Below, in pieces: positions 28,627-38,274 of a DNA stretch of 64,000 bases. The stretch is from Dehalococcoidia bacterium (lineage in GTDB: Bacteria; Chloroflexota; Dehalococcoidia; Plut-88900). The position numbers and the translations under genes were made by a program. The DNA is taken from positions 832,001-896,000 of the forward strand of contig OZ240215.1 of NCBI GenBank assembly GCA_965197585.1. The letters run 5' to 3'. Each line of letters begins with the position of its first letter. The first letter of the stretch is position 1. The notes below the pieces were generated by a model that worked only from the letters and a program-made list of their open reading frames with translations, did not search any database and was not told the DNA's origin.

Positions 28627-29358
28627 ATGCCTGTCGACAAAGTATATTCAGACACCAAATCCGCAGTCTCCGACATTCCGGACGGCGTTACCGTGCTGAT
28701 TGGCGGATTCAGCAGTATAGGTGGACACCCGGGTCACCTGCTTGTGGCGCTGCGAGACCATGGCGCCAAGAATCTGACCATCGTGAGCAACAGCATGGGA
28801 GTGGGATCTCCTTCGCCGAAGGTGGACAGGCCGAGGGGCTTCGCCGACGTGTCGGTGTTGGTGAGTAACGGCCAGGTGGCGAAGGGGATATCGTCATTTC
28901 CGGTGTCGCCATCACCTTCAAGTCCCTCACCGTTCGAGACCCTGTTAAAGGAAGGGAAGGCCGAGGTGGAGGTGCTGCCGCAGGGTACGATGACCGAGAG
29001 GATGAGGATTGCGGCGGCGGGGCTGGGGGGATTCTACACGCGTGTCGGGGTTGGGACTGTGGTGGAGGAAGGCAAGGAGAAACGGCTGTTTGACGGCGAA
29101 GAGTACATCCTGGAGTCGCCATTACGTGGGGACTTTGCCTTTATACACGCTCATAAGGCAGACCGGATGGGAAACTTGGTGTACAAGGGCACCTCCCGTA
29201 ACTTCAACCCGATAATGGCCGCGGCCGCGCGCATCACAATCGTGGAGGCGGAGGAGGTGGTGGAGATCGGGGAGCTTGATCCTGAGGAGATAGTGACACC
29301 CGGGGTGTACGTGCAAAGAGTCGTACACGTGCCGGAGTCGAGGGTCAGGATTGGCTGA
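28627..29358 (+). CDS. 3-oxoacid CoA-transferase subunit A
   Basis: IGGF, PQGTMTER and GNLVY...RNFNP motifs. Confidence 0.92.
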   Translation: MPVDKVYSDTKSAVSDIPDGVTVLIGGFSSIGGHPGHLLVALRDHGAKNLTIVSNSMGVGSPSPKVDRPRGFADVSVLVSNGQVAKGISSFPVSPSPSSPSPFETLLKEGKAEVEVLPQGTMTERMRIAAAGLGGFYTRVGVGTVVEEGKEKRLFDGEEYILESPLRGDFAFIHAHKADRMGNLVYKGTSRNFNPIMAAAARITIVEAEEVVEIGELDPEEIVTPGVYVQRVVHVPESRVRIG

Positions 29359-30022
29359 GATGAAACAAAAGCTCGATAGGACGACCATTGCACTCCGCGT
29401 GGCGCGGGAGTTCAAGGACGGGGACGTCGTTAACCTTGGCGCGGGCATCCCGACTCTGTGCTCCAACTTTCTGCCGGAAGGCCGGAAGGTGTGGCTGCAT
29501 TCGGAGAACGGGGTGTTGGGATACGGTCCGCTGGCGGGGCCGGATGAGCGAGACCCTAACCTGATCAATGCCGGGACTCAGTTCATAACGGCTACGCCGG
29601 GTATCTCCTTCTTCAGTTCCGCAGACGCATTCAACATGATCAGGGGCGGGCACGTAGACATAACGGTGCTGGGCGCATTCCAGGTCTCGGAAAAGGGAGA
29701 CCTGGCGAATTGGATACTGCCGGATCGAGGCTCCGGGAACATAGGCGGCGCGATGGAGCTGGTGACGGGAGCCAAGAAGTTGATAGTGGCCATGGAGCAC
29801 ACAACCCGCGACGGTGAGCCTAAGCTGGTGGAAAAATGCGATTACCTCCTGACCGGTGTGGGTTGTGTAAACCTGGTGGTAACCGATCTGGCTGTGGTTG
29901 AAGTCACGGAGGAAGGATTCATGTTGCTGGAGACGGCTCCTGGCTACAGCGCCGAGGATATTCAATCGGTAACCGAGGCCCGACTGAATGTCAGCGAAAA
30001 GTTGAAAGAGGTCCAGATTTGA
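29351..30022 (+). CDS. 3-oxoacid CoA-transferase subunit B
   Basis: VNLGAGIP, catalytic SENG, GGAMEL. Confidence 0.92.
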   Translation: MAEMKQKLDRTTIALRVAREFKDGDVVNLGAGIPTLCSNFLPEGRKVWLHSENGVLGYGPLAGPDERDPNLINAGTQFITATPGISFFSSADAFNMIRGGHVDITVLGAFQVSEKGDLANWILPDRGSGNIGGAMELVTGAKKLIVAMEHTTRDGEPKLVEKCDYLLTGVGCVNLVVTDLAVVEVTEEGFMLLETAPGYSAEDIQSVTEARLNVSEKLKEVQI

Positions 30023-30771
30023 CCCTGGCCAAGCTCCGGGGCCGGCCCCGAACCGACAAGGTCTTCGTAACCTTCGCGGAGGCCGTTGCCGACATTCCCG
30101 ACGGCTCGATGGTGATTATCGGGCACTTTGGTGGACCTGGCGGGATGCCAATGCTCTTGCTGCGGGCACTTAGGGACCACGGAGCGCGAGACCTGACCAT
30201 TGTCGGGAACACGGCCGGGATAGGGGTGGTGTTCGGGGCTAAGCGGGAGGCGCTGCGGATAGACCCGGGCGTGCTAGTGGAAAACGGTCAGGTGTCGAAG
30301 GCTATAGTGTCGTACCCGATAGCGCCGGGTGCGCCGCAGCCGAACCCTCTGGAGGACGGGGTCAAAGCGGGAACTATAGAGATAGAGATGAACCCGCAGG
30401 GAATCTTGGCGGAGCGGATCCGCGCCGGAGGCGCTGGCATTGCGGCGTTCTGGTCGCCGGTGGGTGTTGGGACGGTGGTGTCCGAGGGTAAGGAGACGAG
30501 GACGATAGACGGGGTGCAATACATCCTGGAACACGCTATTAAGGCAGACTTCTCGCTGATTCGGGCGCACAAGGCGGACAAAGCAGGGAACCTGGTCTAC
30601 CGAGGCAACATGAGGCACTTCAACGTTTCCTCGGCGACTGCGGCCCGGGTCACGATTGCCGAGGTGGACGATATTGTAGAGATTGGCGAGCTTGACCCCG
30701 ACCGGATTGTGACCCCCGGGATCTACGTGGACAGGATAGTTCGCAGGCCCAGGGAATTCAGGGGAAAGTAG
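30019..30771 (+). CDS. 3-oxoacid CoA-transferase subunit A (second copy)
   Basis: PQGILAERIRAGG and GNLVY motifs. Confidence 0.9.
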   Translation: MTLAKLRGRPRTDKVFVTFAEAVADIPDGSMVIIGHFGGPGGMPMLLLRALRDHGARDLTIVGNTAGIGVVFGAKREALRIDPGVLVENGQVSKAIVSYPIAPGAPQPNPLEDGVKAGTIEIEMNPQGILAERIRAGGAGIAAFWSPVGVGTVVSEGKETRTIDGVQYILEHAIKADFSLIRAHKADKAGNLVYRGNMRHFNVSSATAARVTIAEVDDIVEIGELDPDRIVTPGIYVDRIVRRPREFRGK

Positions 30772-30775
30772 GCGA

Positions 30776-31435
30776 ATGTTCAGGCTGGACCGCGAGGCCA
30801 TAGCTCTCAGGGTCGCAAAGGAATTCCGCGACGGTGACATAGTGAACCTGGGTATCGGGATTCCGACGCTGGCGGCAAACTACATACCGGAAGGTCGGAC
30901 GGTGTGGTTCCACACGGAGAATGGGGCGGTCGGGTTCGGGGGTTCGCCGCCGGAGGGCGAGGAAGACATACACATGACCAACGCCGGTGGGGGCTTCGTG
31001 ACTGCACTGCCGGGGATGAGTGTATTCGACACCGTGGAAGCATTCACGATAGTCAGGGGCGGTTACCTGGACATCACGGTGCTTGGGGCAATGCAGGTGT
31101 CGGAAAAGGGTGACCTGGCGAACTGGCTGAGGCCCGGCCGGCTGATAGGCGGCATTGGCGGTGCAATGGACATCGTGGCGGGGGCAAAACGTGTGATAGC
31201 GGCCATGGAACACACGGACAAGAAGGGCACCCCGAAAATCGTGAGGGAGTGTACATCTCCGCTCACGGCAGTACGGTGCGTGAACATGATCATAACGGAC
31301 ATGGCTGTGATAGAAGTTGGAGAGGATGGGCTGATGTTGACGGAGCACGCTCCGGGCCTGAGTGTCGAGGATATTCAGTCGGTGACGGATGCCCCACTCA
31401 AAGTCTCGGCCGACTTGAGGGAGATGGAGCTATAA
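30776..31435 (+). CDS. 3-oxoacid CoA-transferase subunit B (second copy)
   Basis: VNLGIGIP, TENG and GGAMD motifs. Confidence 0.92.
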   Translation: MFRLDREAIALRVAKEFRDGDIVNLGIGIPTLAANYIPEGRTVWFHTENGAVGFGGSPPEGEEDIHMTNAGGGFVTALPGMSVFDTVEAFTIVRGGYLDITVLGAMQVSEKGDLANWLRPGRLIGGIGGAMDIVAGAKRVIAAMEHTDKKGTPKIVRECTSPLTAVRCVNMIITDMAVIEVGEDGLMLTEHAPGLSVEDIQSVTDAPLKVSADLREMEL

Positions 31436-31444
31436 GCGTCCGCG

Positions 31445-31473
31445 TTGACGCTTGTAATCGTCGCGCCTATAAT
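31445..31473 (+). promoter_or_regulatory. Sigma70 promoter
   Basis: TTGACG-17 nt-TATAAT. Confidence 0.75.
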
Positions 31474-31613
31474 TCAGCCGACCGTGGCGAGGGGCCAGAT
31501 TTCGAGCAACTGTCTTCACGGTAGCTTGCCGCGCTGGCCTCTCGGTTTCAACGTTAATGGCATCGGGTGTAAGGCGCCTCGGTGACCGGGCAGTATATTC
31601 CAGGGAGGAAACA

Positions 31614-33263
31614 ATGGCCGACATTACAGGCAACAGGCTTCTGGCGAAGTCACTAAGGCACGAAGGCGTAACTCACCTCTTCTTCCTTTCAGGCGGACCG
31701 ATGGATAACTTCTATCTGGACGCCGAGAAAGAGGGCATCAAGTTATATGACACGCGGCACGAGCAGGCCGCAGCGATGATGGCCCACGCATGGAGCAGGG
31801 CAACCGGGGAGACCGGTGTGTGCGCAGCTTGCTCGGGTCCGGGGGCCACTAACCTGGTGACCGGAGTGGTAACCGCATTCACGGATGCTTGCCCGATAGT
31901 GGCACTGGGCGGGTCCAGCAACTCCAGCCTGACCGGCTGGGAGGACTTCCAGGAAATCGACCAGGTGAGTGTTTTTCGACCCATCACCAAGTGGTCGGGA
32001 CAGGTGAACAAGGCGGAGAGAATGCCCGAGCTGGTTAGCGTGGCATTCCGCAAAGCTTGGGGCAACAGGCCGGGGCCCGTGTACCTGGACCTTCCCGGCG
32101 ACGTGCTCCACGAGCGGGTGGACGAGGCGAACGTACAGTTCCCGGTCAACTCCAGGACCGACGCTCGAATCCTTGGGGACCCGGATGAAGTTAAGAGGGC
32201 AATCGAGCTTTTGTCCAAGGCCGAGAAGCCCTTGGTCCTGTCGGGGACGGGTGTGATGTGGTCAAAGGCATCCAAGGAGATCCAGGAGTTTGTCGAAACC
32301 ACGGGTATTCCCTTCTACACGACACCCCAGTCCAGGGGCGTGATACCCGAAGACAACGAACTTTCCTTCCCGGCCGCCCGCTCAATGGCGTTCAGGGAAG
32401 CCGACGTAGCCCTGGTTGTGGGTACCAGGATCAACTGGATCTGGCAGTACCTGCAGGCCCCCCGGTTTAGGGCGGACCTGAAAACTATCCAGGTGAATAC
32501 GGACAGGGAAGAGATTGGCCACAACAAGGCGGCGGAAGTCGGCATAGTCGGGGACGCCAAGATGGTGCTGCGACAGCTGATGGAAGAGGCTAAAGAGCAG
32601 AAATTCGAGAACAAGAGCAAGAGTGCGTGGATCGATCAGTTGCGCGCCAAGGAGGCTACCAACAACGAGCGAAGCCAGCCCACCCTGAACTCCGACCAGA
32701 TCCCGATGCACCCGCTCCGCATGATGAAGGAAATCAGGGAATTCCTGCCCAGGGATGCCATGTTGGTCGTAGACGGCCACGAGACTTTGAACTTCGGTCG
32801 GCAGTCCATACAGACCTACTACCCTGGTCACAGGATCAACTCCGGTGCGTCGGGGTGCATGGGGGTCGGGCTTCCGTTCGGGCTGGCGTCGGCGCTGGCG
32901 AAGCCGGACAAGAAGACGCTGGTAATCCACGGTGACGGCTCCTTCGGGATCAACGCCATCAATATAGACACGGCGGTCAGGCACAACATCCCGCTGGTGT
33001 GTGTGGTGAACGTGAACGGCGGTTGGGCGTCGGGACGAAAGGGCGACGACGTTCTGAAGACGGGAATCGAGCTCGGATTCGAGCAGCGATACGACAAGCT
33101 GGGAGAGGCTCTCGGCGCGCATGGTGAATACGTCACGAAGCCGGAAGAGATGAAACCCGCCCTGCAGCGAGCCTTCGACTCCGGCAAGCCGGCTATCGTC
33201 AATGTGATCACCGACCGCTGGGCCGCTTCCACGACCCAGAACTTCCAGCCCTACGATCACTAG
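31614..33263 (+). CDS. TPP-dependent enzyme (2-hydroxyacyl-CoA lyase/oxalyl-CoA decarboxylase/AHAS superfamily)
   Basis: RHEQAAAMMA, GPGATN, FQEIDQ, GCMGVGLPF and HGDGSFG motifs; GGAGG RBS. Confidence 0.88.
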   Translation: MADITGNRLLAKSLRHEGVTHLFFLSGGPMDNFYLDAEKEGIKLYDTRHEQAAAMMAHAWSRATGETGVCAACSGPGATNLVTGVVTAFTDACPIVALGGSSNSSLTGWEDFQEIDQVSVFRPITKWSGQVNKAERMPELVSVAFRKAWGNRPGPVYLDLPGDVLHERVDEANVQFPVNSRTDARILGDPDEVKRAIELLSKAEKPLVLSGTGVMWSKASKEIQEFVETTGIPFYTTPQSRGVIPEDNELSFPAARSMAFREADVALVVGTRINWIWQYLQAPRFRADLKTIQVNTDREEIGHNKAAEVGIVGDAKMVLRQLMEEAKEQKFENKSKSAWIDQLRAKEATNNERSQPTLNSDQIPMHPLRMMKEIREFLPRDAMLVVDGHETLNFGRQSIQTYYPGHRINSGASGCMGVGLPFGLASALAKPDKKTLVIHGDGSFGINAINIDTAVRHNIPLVCVVNVNGGWASGRKGDDVLKTGIELGFEQRYDKLGEALGAHGEYVTKPEEMKPALQRAFDSGKPAIVNVITDRWAASTTQNFQPYDH

Positions 33264-33287
33264 ACCGAAAGCAAAATAGACTCAAAA

Positions 33288-33327
33288 AGGAGCGGCTCCG
33301 ACATTGTCGGGGCCGCTCCTCTTTGTT
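33288..33327. terminator. Intrinsic terminator, probably bidirectional
   Basis: AGGAGCGGCTCCGAC-att-GTCGGGGCCGCTCCT flanked by A and T runs between convergent genes. Confidence 0.8.
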
Positions 33328-33343
33328 ATCGAGTTGGGCTGGC

Positions 33344-33799
33344 CTATTGGCCGAGATGTACGATTTCTAGGTTGCCCCAGTGCCGGTTGAGGTACTCCGC
33401 GACAAGGCGGCGGTGGCACTGGTCGGGCTTGTCCTCGCTGCAGAGGAGGCAGGCGTCGGCTATGGTCCTTTTCGGGATCGTCTTCTCGATGCGGCGCTCT
33501 TGCATCAGCGCGAGGAACTCACGCTGGTAGCGGTTCCAGTCGTGGTGTTGGTTCCGGTAGCTGTCCAACATTTCCTTGGTCGGGGCCATGGAGGGGAGAT
33601 GGACGTAGTCCATGTCGCAGATGTTGTTCAGGAAATATTCCAAGTCATTCTTCTTGGCAAAACCGGCCAGCTGCGAGACGTTGTTTAGCCGAACATCAAC
33701 CAGACGTTTGGCCCCCGACTTCCGCAGGAGATTGAAGAACCCGGATGCGGCAATCTTGGTGAAACCTATGGTGTAAATCTTCAAAAGGTATGGTTCCAA
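33344..33799 (-). CDS. DUF488 family protein
   Basis: IYTIGFT, LVDVR and CLLCSE..CHRRLVAE motifs. Confidence 0.85.
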   Translation of the reverse strand: MEPYLLKIYTIGFTKIAASGFFNLLRKSGAKRLVDVRLNNVSQLAGFAKKNDLEYFLNNICDMDYVHLPSMAPTKEMLDSYRNQHHDWNRYQREFLALMQERRIEKTIPKRTIADACLLCSEDKPDQCHRRLVAEYLNRHWGNLEIVHLGQ

Positions 33800-33818
33800 T
33801 AATCCGTTCTGGAGGGAT

Positions 33819-34748
33819 TTACACTTTCACCGCAGGAACGACTTCCTTGGCGAGGCGGGTGAGGTGGGCGATGTCTAGGTCGGGGGGTGAGATGATGACT
33901 TCGTTGCAGCCGGCGTCTACCACGGTTTGGAGACGGGCGACGCACGTGTTCAAGTCTCCGAAGGTGGTGTAGGTGTCGGAGTCGAAGGCGGGGCCGTAGA
34001 CGGACGTGGCCAGTCCTCGGTTCCGCGCCCGAGCCTTATCCACGTCTTCATCAATGGTCATGTATTCGAGGCTGGCGTAGCCGAGGGAGTCCGGGTCCCG
34101 ACCCCTCTCCTTTGCAAAACCCTTTATCTTACTTATCTTCTCGGCGAGGATTTCGGGTGAGTTGCGGGCTCCGCCTATCCAGCCGTCGGCGAGCGCTGCG
34201 GTACGCTTCAGGACGCCGTCAGCCTCACCGCCAATCCAGATGGGCAGGTTCTCTTTCTGCACGGGGCGGGGCTCGATGTTCACGTTGCTGAAGTTCACAA
34301 ACCGTCCCTCGAAGGCGGCGTCGGGGCCCGACCAAATTGCCCGCATGGCTGCGAGATTCTCACGAAATCGGCGCACTCTCTCCTCGAGCTTCATGCCCAA
34401 TGAATGGAATTCTACTTCCCGACCTCCGAGGCCGATGCCCAGGTCCAAACGCCCGCCGGAGAGGTAGTCTATGGTAGAGACTTCCTTAGCCAGGAGGATG
34501 GAGTGTCTGTGCGGAAGTAGAAGAACTGCGGTGCCAAGCCTCACCCTTGTGGTGACGGCGCTAGCCCAGGCGAGCATGGTCATGGCGTCGGGGACCTTGG
34601 ACGGGCTGTAGATGCGGTCGAGGATCCAGACAGTGGAAAACCCCAGCTCTTCTACAGTCTGGAACCATTTGACAAAGTCGGCGGGAGCGGGGAGGTCACC
34701 GCGGTAGTGTGTGGGCACGAGGACGCTCATCTGGGTGGGTCGAGCCAT
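33819..34748 (-). CDS. LLM-class (possibly F420-dependent) oxidoreductase
   Basis: RVRLGTAVL, SGGRLDLGIGLG, PIWIGG and ADGW motifs. Confidence 0.88.
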   Translation of the reverse strand: MARPTQMSVLVPTHYRGDLPAPADFVKWFQTVEELGFSTVWILDRIYSPSKVPDAMTMLAWASAVTTRVRLGTAVLLLPHRHSILLAKEVSTIDYLSGGRLDLGIGLGGREVEFHSLGMKLEERVRRFRENLAAMRAIWSGPDAAFEGRFVNFSNVNIEPRPVQKENLPIWIGGEADGVLKRTAALADGWIGGARNSPEILAEKISKIKGFAKERGRDPDSLGYASLEYMTIDEDVDKARARNRGLATSVYGPAFDSDTYTTFGDLNTCVARLQTVVDAGCNEVIISPPDLDIAHLTRLAKEVVPAVKV

Positions 34749-34794
34749 AGGGGTCACCTCCTGCTATGTTTGCCCGGAGTCCGCGCTATTGCAC

Positions 34795-35202
34795 TTAAAG
34801 GTTGGCGGGCTCCAGGATACCGAACTGGTTCCCGTAAAGGTCTTCGAAGACTGCCTGGACTCCCCAGGGCGCGGTCTCGGGGGCCTGGTGGAACTTTACG
34901 CCCAGCCTCGAGAGCCTTTCATATTCCTTGGCGCAGTCGTCTGTGTGAAACATCCACATTGTGCCCTCCCCGACGCGGCTCAGGAGAATCTTTCGGTCCT
35001 CCTCAGCCTGGAAGGGGCCCGGAAGGAAGAGGACTATTTCGGGCTCTGTCTGGCCCCTGGGTGCGACGGTGAGCCACCGGAAACCGGGCACTACGGAGGA
35101 GTTGTCTTCACCTTTTTCGAGGCCCAGGACGTTGGTATACCAGTCAAGGGCTTCATCTAGGTCGGATACGAGGATGGAGACGTGGGCGAGCTTGGTAATC
35201 AT
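34795..35202 (-). CDS. VOC/glyoxalase family protein
   Basis: HVSILVSDLDEALDWY...FEDLYGN. Confidence 0.88.
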   Translation of the reverse strand: MITKLAHVSILVSDLDEALDWYTNVLGLEKGEDNSSVVPGFRWLTVAPRGQTEPEIVLFLPGPFQAEEDRKILLSRVGEGTMWMFHTDDCAKEYERLSRLGVKFHQAPETAPWGVQAVFEDLYGNQFGILEPANL

Positions 35203-35409
35203 GGCGGCAATGATAGCATGGGAGGTGAGGCCCGGGGTTGGAGGAGTTTTGCAGGTCGTCGGATTGGAGTGGCTGGGTCACCCTGTAACTAACTGGCTTG
35301 TATCAGGGCTCAATAGCTCACCCATATTCATCGACTAACTCATTAGCGTAGTAAGATGATCTGGCTATACGAACCAAGTGAGAGACGTACAAGCAATAAG
35401 GGGGAGAAC

Positions 35410-35696
35410 ATGGCAGCGTTTGTAATAACCGATGTAGAGATAACGGATGCCGACCTCTACGGACAGTTTTTGGTGAAAGTGACTGCCACCGTCGAGGGGC
35501 ACGGCGGTAAGTTTGTTGCCAGGGCGGCGCGCTTAGTGTGATCTCTGGCGACTGGTCGCCCAATCGCATAGCCATACTCCAGTTCGACAACCTCGATCAG
35601 ATCCACGCCTGGCTAAGCTCGCCGGAATACGCGGCCCTGAATGACATGCGCTCCAAGTCCTCCAACATCAACATAGTAGTCGTAGAGGGTTTATAG
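35410..35696 (+). pseudogene. DUF1330 family gene with -1 frameshift near 35522
   Basis: MAAFVITDVEITD...HGGKFVAR continues in another frame as GALSVISGDWSPNRIAILQF...WLSSPEY...IVVVEGL. Confidence 0.8.
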
Positions 35697-35797
35697 CCCC
35701 GAGGCCCGAAAGACCTTCATTCCGCTATTGTTGCCGGCCTGGGGCCAGAGGGCCTGTCGGCGAGAACTTACCCAGAACCGGATTGAGTAGGTGAATC

Positions 35798-37450
35798 ATG
35801 GTCAAAATGAGTGGGGGTGAAGCCCTTGCCAAGTCTCTGGTTAGGGAAGGCGTTGAGGTTGTATTCGGTATCCCGGGCATACAGATGTATGGGATTGTCG
35901 CCGGGCTGAGGGATGAGCCGGACATCCGGATGATCACCACTCGGCACGAGCAGGCAACGACGTATATGGCCGACGGCTATGCCCGCACGTCGGGAAAACC
36001 GGGAGTGGCAATGGTGGTGCCGGGGGTGGGACTCTATAACGCCGCATCCGGATTGACCAATGCGTATTCCCGCGCGGCGCTATAGGCAAAGGCCTCGGGG
36101 TCGTTCGTGAAATCTCAAACCAGCCCGACGCTGTGCGGCCCGTGACCAAATGACATCGGCAAGCGAGCAGGCCCCGGGAAGTGCCGGATGCCGTCTTCGA
36201 GGCATTCAGGCAGATGCGTACGGGTCGCCCCCGCCCCGTCTTGATCGAGATGCCGCCGGAAGCGGGCGTGGAACGGGAAGACATCAAGCTGCGCGACCCT
36301 GCTCGTATCTCTCGCATCGTGCCTAGCCCGGATGACCTGAAAGAGGCTGCAGGAGTCATAGCTCGCTCATCCATACCCATGATATTCGCCGGGGGGCGGG
36401 GTTGCTAGGTCGGATGCGGAGGAAGCTCTGATCAAGCTGGCGGAAGCGACAAACATACCGGTAGTAACTTCCAGCGGAGGCAAGGGGACGATCCCTGACA
36501 ACCATCCGCTGTCATATGGCTCGTGTTTCAGCCCCCGTGGCGAGAGGCAGGAGATGAATCAGCTGTTCGAGGTGATGCAGTCGGCGGACGTGGTTATAGG
36601 AATCGGAGCGCGCTTTTCGTTGGGGAATCCGGCGGGTGAGGCGTCGACATTGATAAACATCAATATCGACGACACGGAACTCACCAGAATCCAGGCCAAC
36701 ACGATACCTTTGCACGGCGACGCTCGGGCCACCATCGAGGCGCTGCTTCCCTACCTGATGGAGGCTGGCGCAGGTGAGCGAACATAGCCCGCGAAAGCGG
36801 TCAGAGCGGCGCGCAGCCTGATATCGTATTACGACATCGGGCTGAAGGAGCCGCAGTACCCGGTCCTGGAGGCGATGCAGAAAGGCGTTCCGGAAGACGC
36901 CTTCATAGTTTGGGACGTCACGCAGTTCGGGTACTACGCCCGCACCCATTGGAAGGTGAATCACCCGAAGACTTACATAGATTCCGGCTATTCGTTCAAC
37001 CTGGGCTACGCCTTCCCGACCGCGCTGGGAGTGAAGGTGGCCAACCCGGACCGGCCGGTGGTGTGCATAGCGGGTGACGGCGGGTTCATGTTCAACGCGT
37101 CCGAACTGTCAACGGCAGTCAAGTACGGGATCAACGTTGTAACCGTGATCTTCAGAAACGACTCATATGGCAACGTTGCCCGAGACCTGGAGGAGGGGTT
37201 CAACGGAGCCTATGGTACCGACTTACATAACCCCGATTTCGTCAAATTCGCGGAGTCGTTCGGAGCTGTCGGGTTGAGGGCGGAGGACCCGCTGGAGCTG
37301 GAGACACTGGTGCCCCAGGCGCTGGCACTCAAGGCGCCGGTGCTTATAGACGTGCCCTTCGGAGAAATGCCGATACCAAGGGCGCCACAGATTTCGTTCG
37401 TCTACAATCTGCCCTGGACGCAGCCCCAGGAGGGCCTTATCACGTCCTGA
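35798..37450 (+). pseudogene. TPP-dependent (acetolactate synthase-like) pseudogene
   Basis: RHEQ and GDGGFMF motifs present; apparent deletion/frameshift near 36070, TGA 36151, extra G near 36391, TAG 36785. Confidence 0.88.
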
Positions 37451-37465
37451 GCCCGAGAGGCGGTG

Positions 37466-38245
37466 TTACTGGAATTTCGGAGGTCGTTTCTCCTTGAAGG
37501 CTTGGCCCGCATTCACCATGTCACCGGTGGAAGCTGCGGCGATGCTGGAATCGCGCTCGTAGGTGAGGGCGGCGCCGAAGTTCGACTCTGCGCCTACGTT
37601 GAGCGCGGCCTTGGCCAGAGCAATGGCCATGGGTGACTTTTCGAGCACCTTGTGGGCAACGGCGGTGGCCTCTTCTACCAGCTTGTCGGCGGGAACGACG
37701 CGGTTGACCATGCCAAGTTGCTTGGCCTCGGCGGCAGGTACATGCTCTCCCAGGTAGATAAGCTCCTTGGCCCGAGCCAGACCGATACCCTGGGGTAGCA
37801 GATAAGTTCCCGCACCCGTCACTGTAGCGCCTACACCTGTTTCCGGGAACCCGAACTTGGCCTCCTCGGACGCAACGACGAGGTCACAGTCGAGGGCAAT
37901 CTCGCAGCCCGCGCCGAGAGCGTAGCCGTTTACCGCGGCAATGGCGACTTTGCGCATGTCTCTCAAGACCTGGGCCACGGTCTGCAGGTTATGGGTGCTA
38001 CGTTTCTCTTGTCCAGGAGGGATGCCTGCAGCAGCTTCCTTGAGGTCGGCGCCCGCACAGAATGCCCGACCCTCGCCGGTAAGGATTACAATCTTCACGT
38101 CGGGGTCAGCCTCGGCCTGCTCCACGGCCTCCCTGAGCTCCCTGGCGAAGACGCGGTTGACGGCATTGAGGGACCGGGGGCGGTTGAAACGGATCCAGAG
38201 GATTCCATCTTCCTTCAGGTCGTATATCAGCGTTTCCTGGCTCAT
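37466..38245 (-). CDS. Enoyl-CoA hydratase/isomerase family protein
   Basis: AFCAGADL, AVNGYALGAGCE and FGFPE motifs. Confidence 0.92.
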   Translation of the reverse strand: MSQETLIYDLKEDGILWIRFNRPRSLNAVNRVFARELREAVEQAEADPDVKIVILTGEGRAFCAGADLKEAAAGIPPGQEKRSTHNLQTVAQVLRDMRKVAIAAVNGYALGAGCEIALDCDLVVASEEAKFGFPETGVGATVTGAGTYLLPQGIGLARAKELIYLGEHVPAAEAKQLGMVNRVVPADKLVEEATAVAHKVLEKSPMAIALAKAALNVGAESNFGAALTYERDSSIAAASTGDMVNAGQAFKEKRPPKFQ

Positions 38246-38274
38246 TACTGCTCCTCCATTAAGGGCACTAGGTA

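Noticed and set aside
31478-31612. TPP riboswitch upstream of the TPP enzyme
   Set aside because: The conserved GCTGAGA and CTGAT..GTAATACC..CGTAGG elements are absent.
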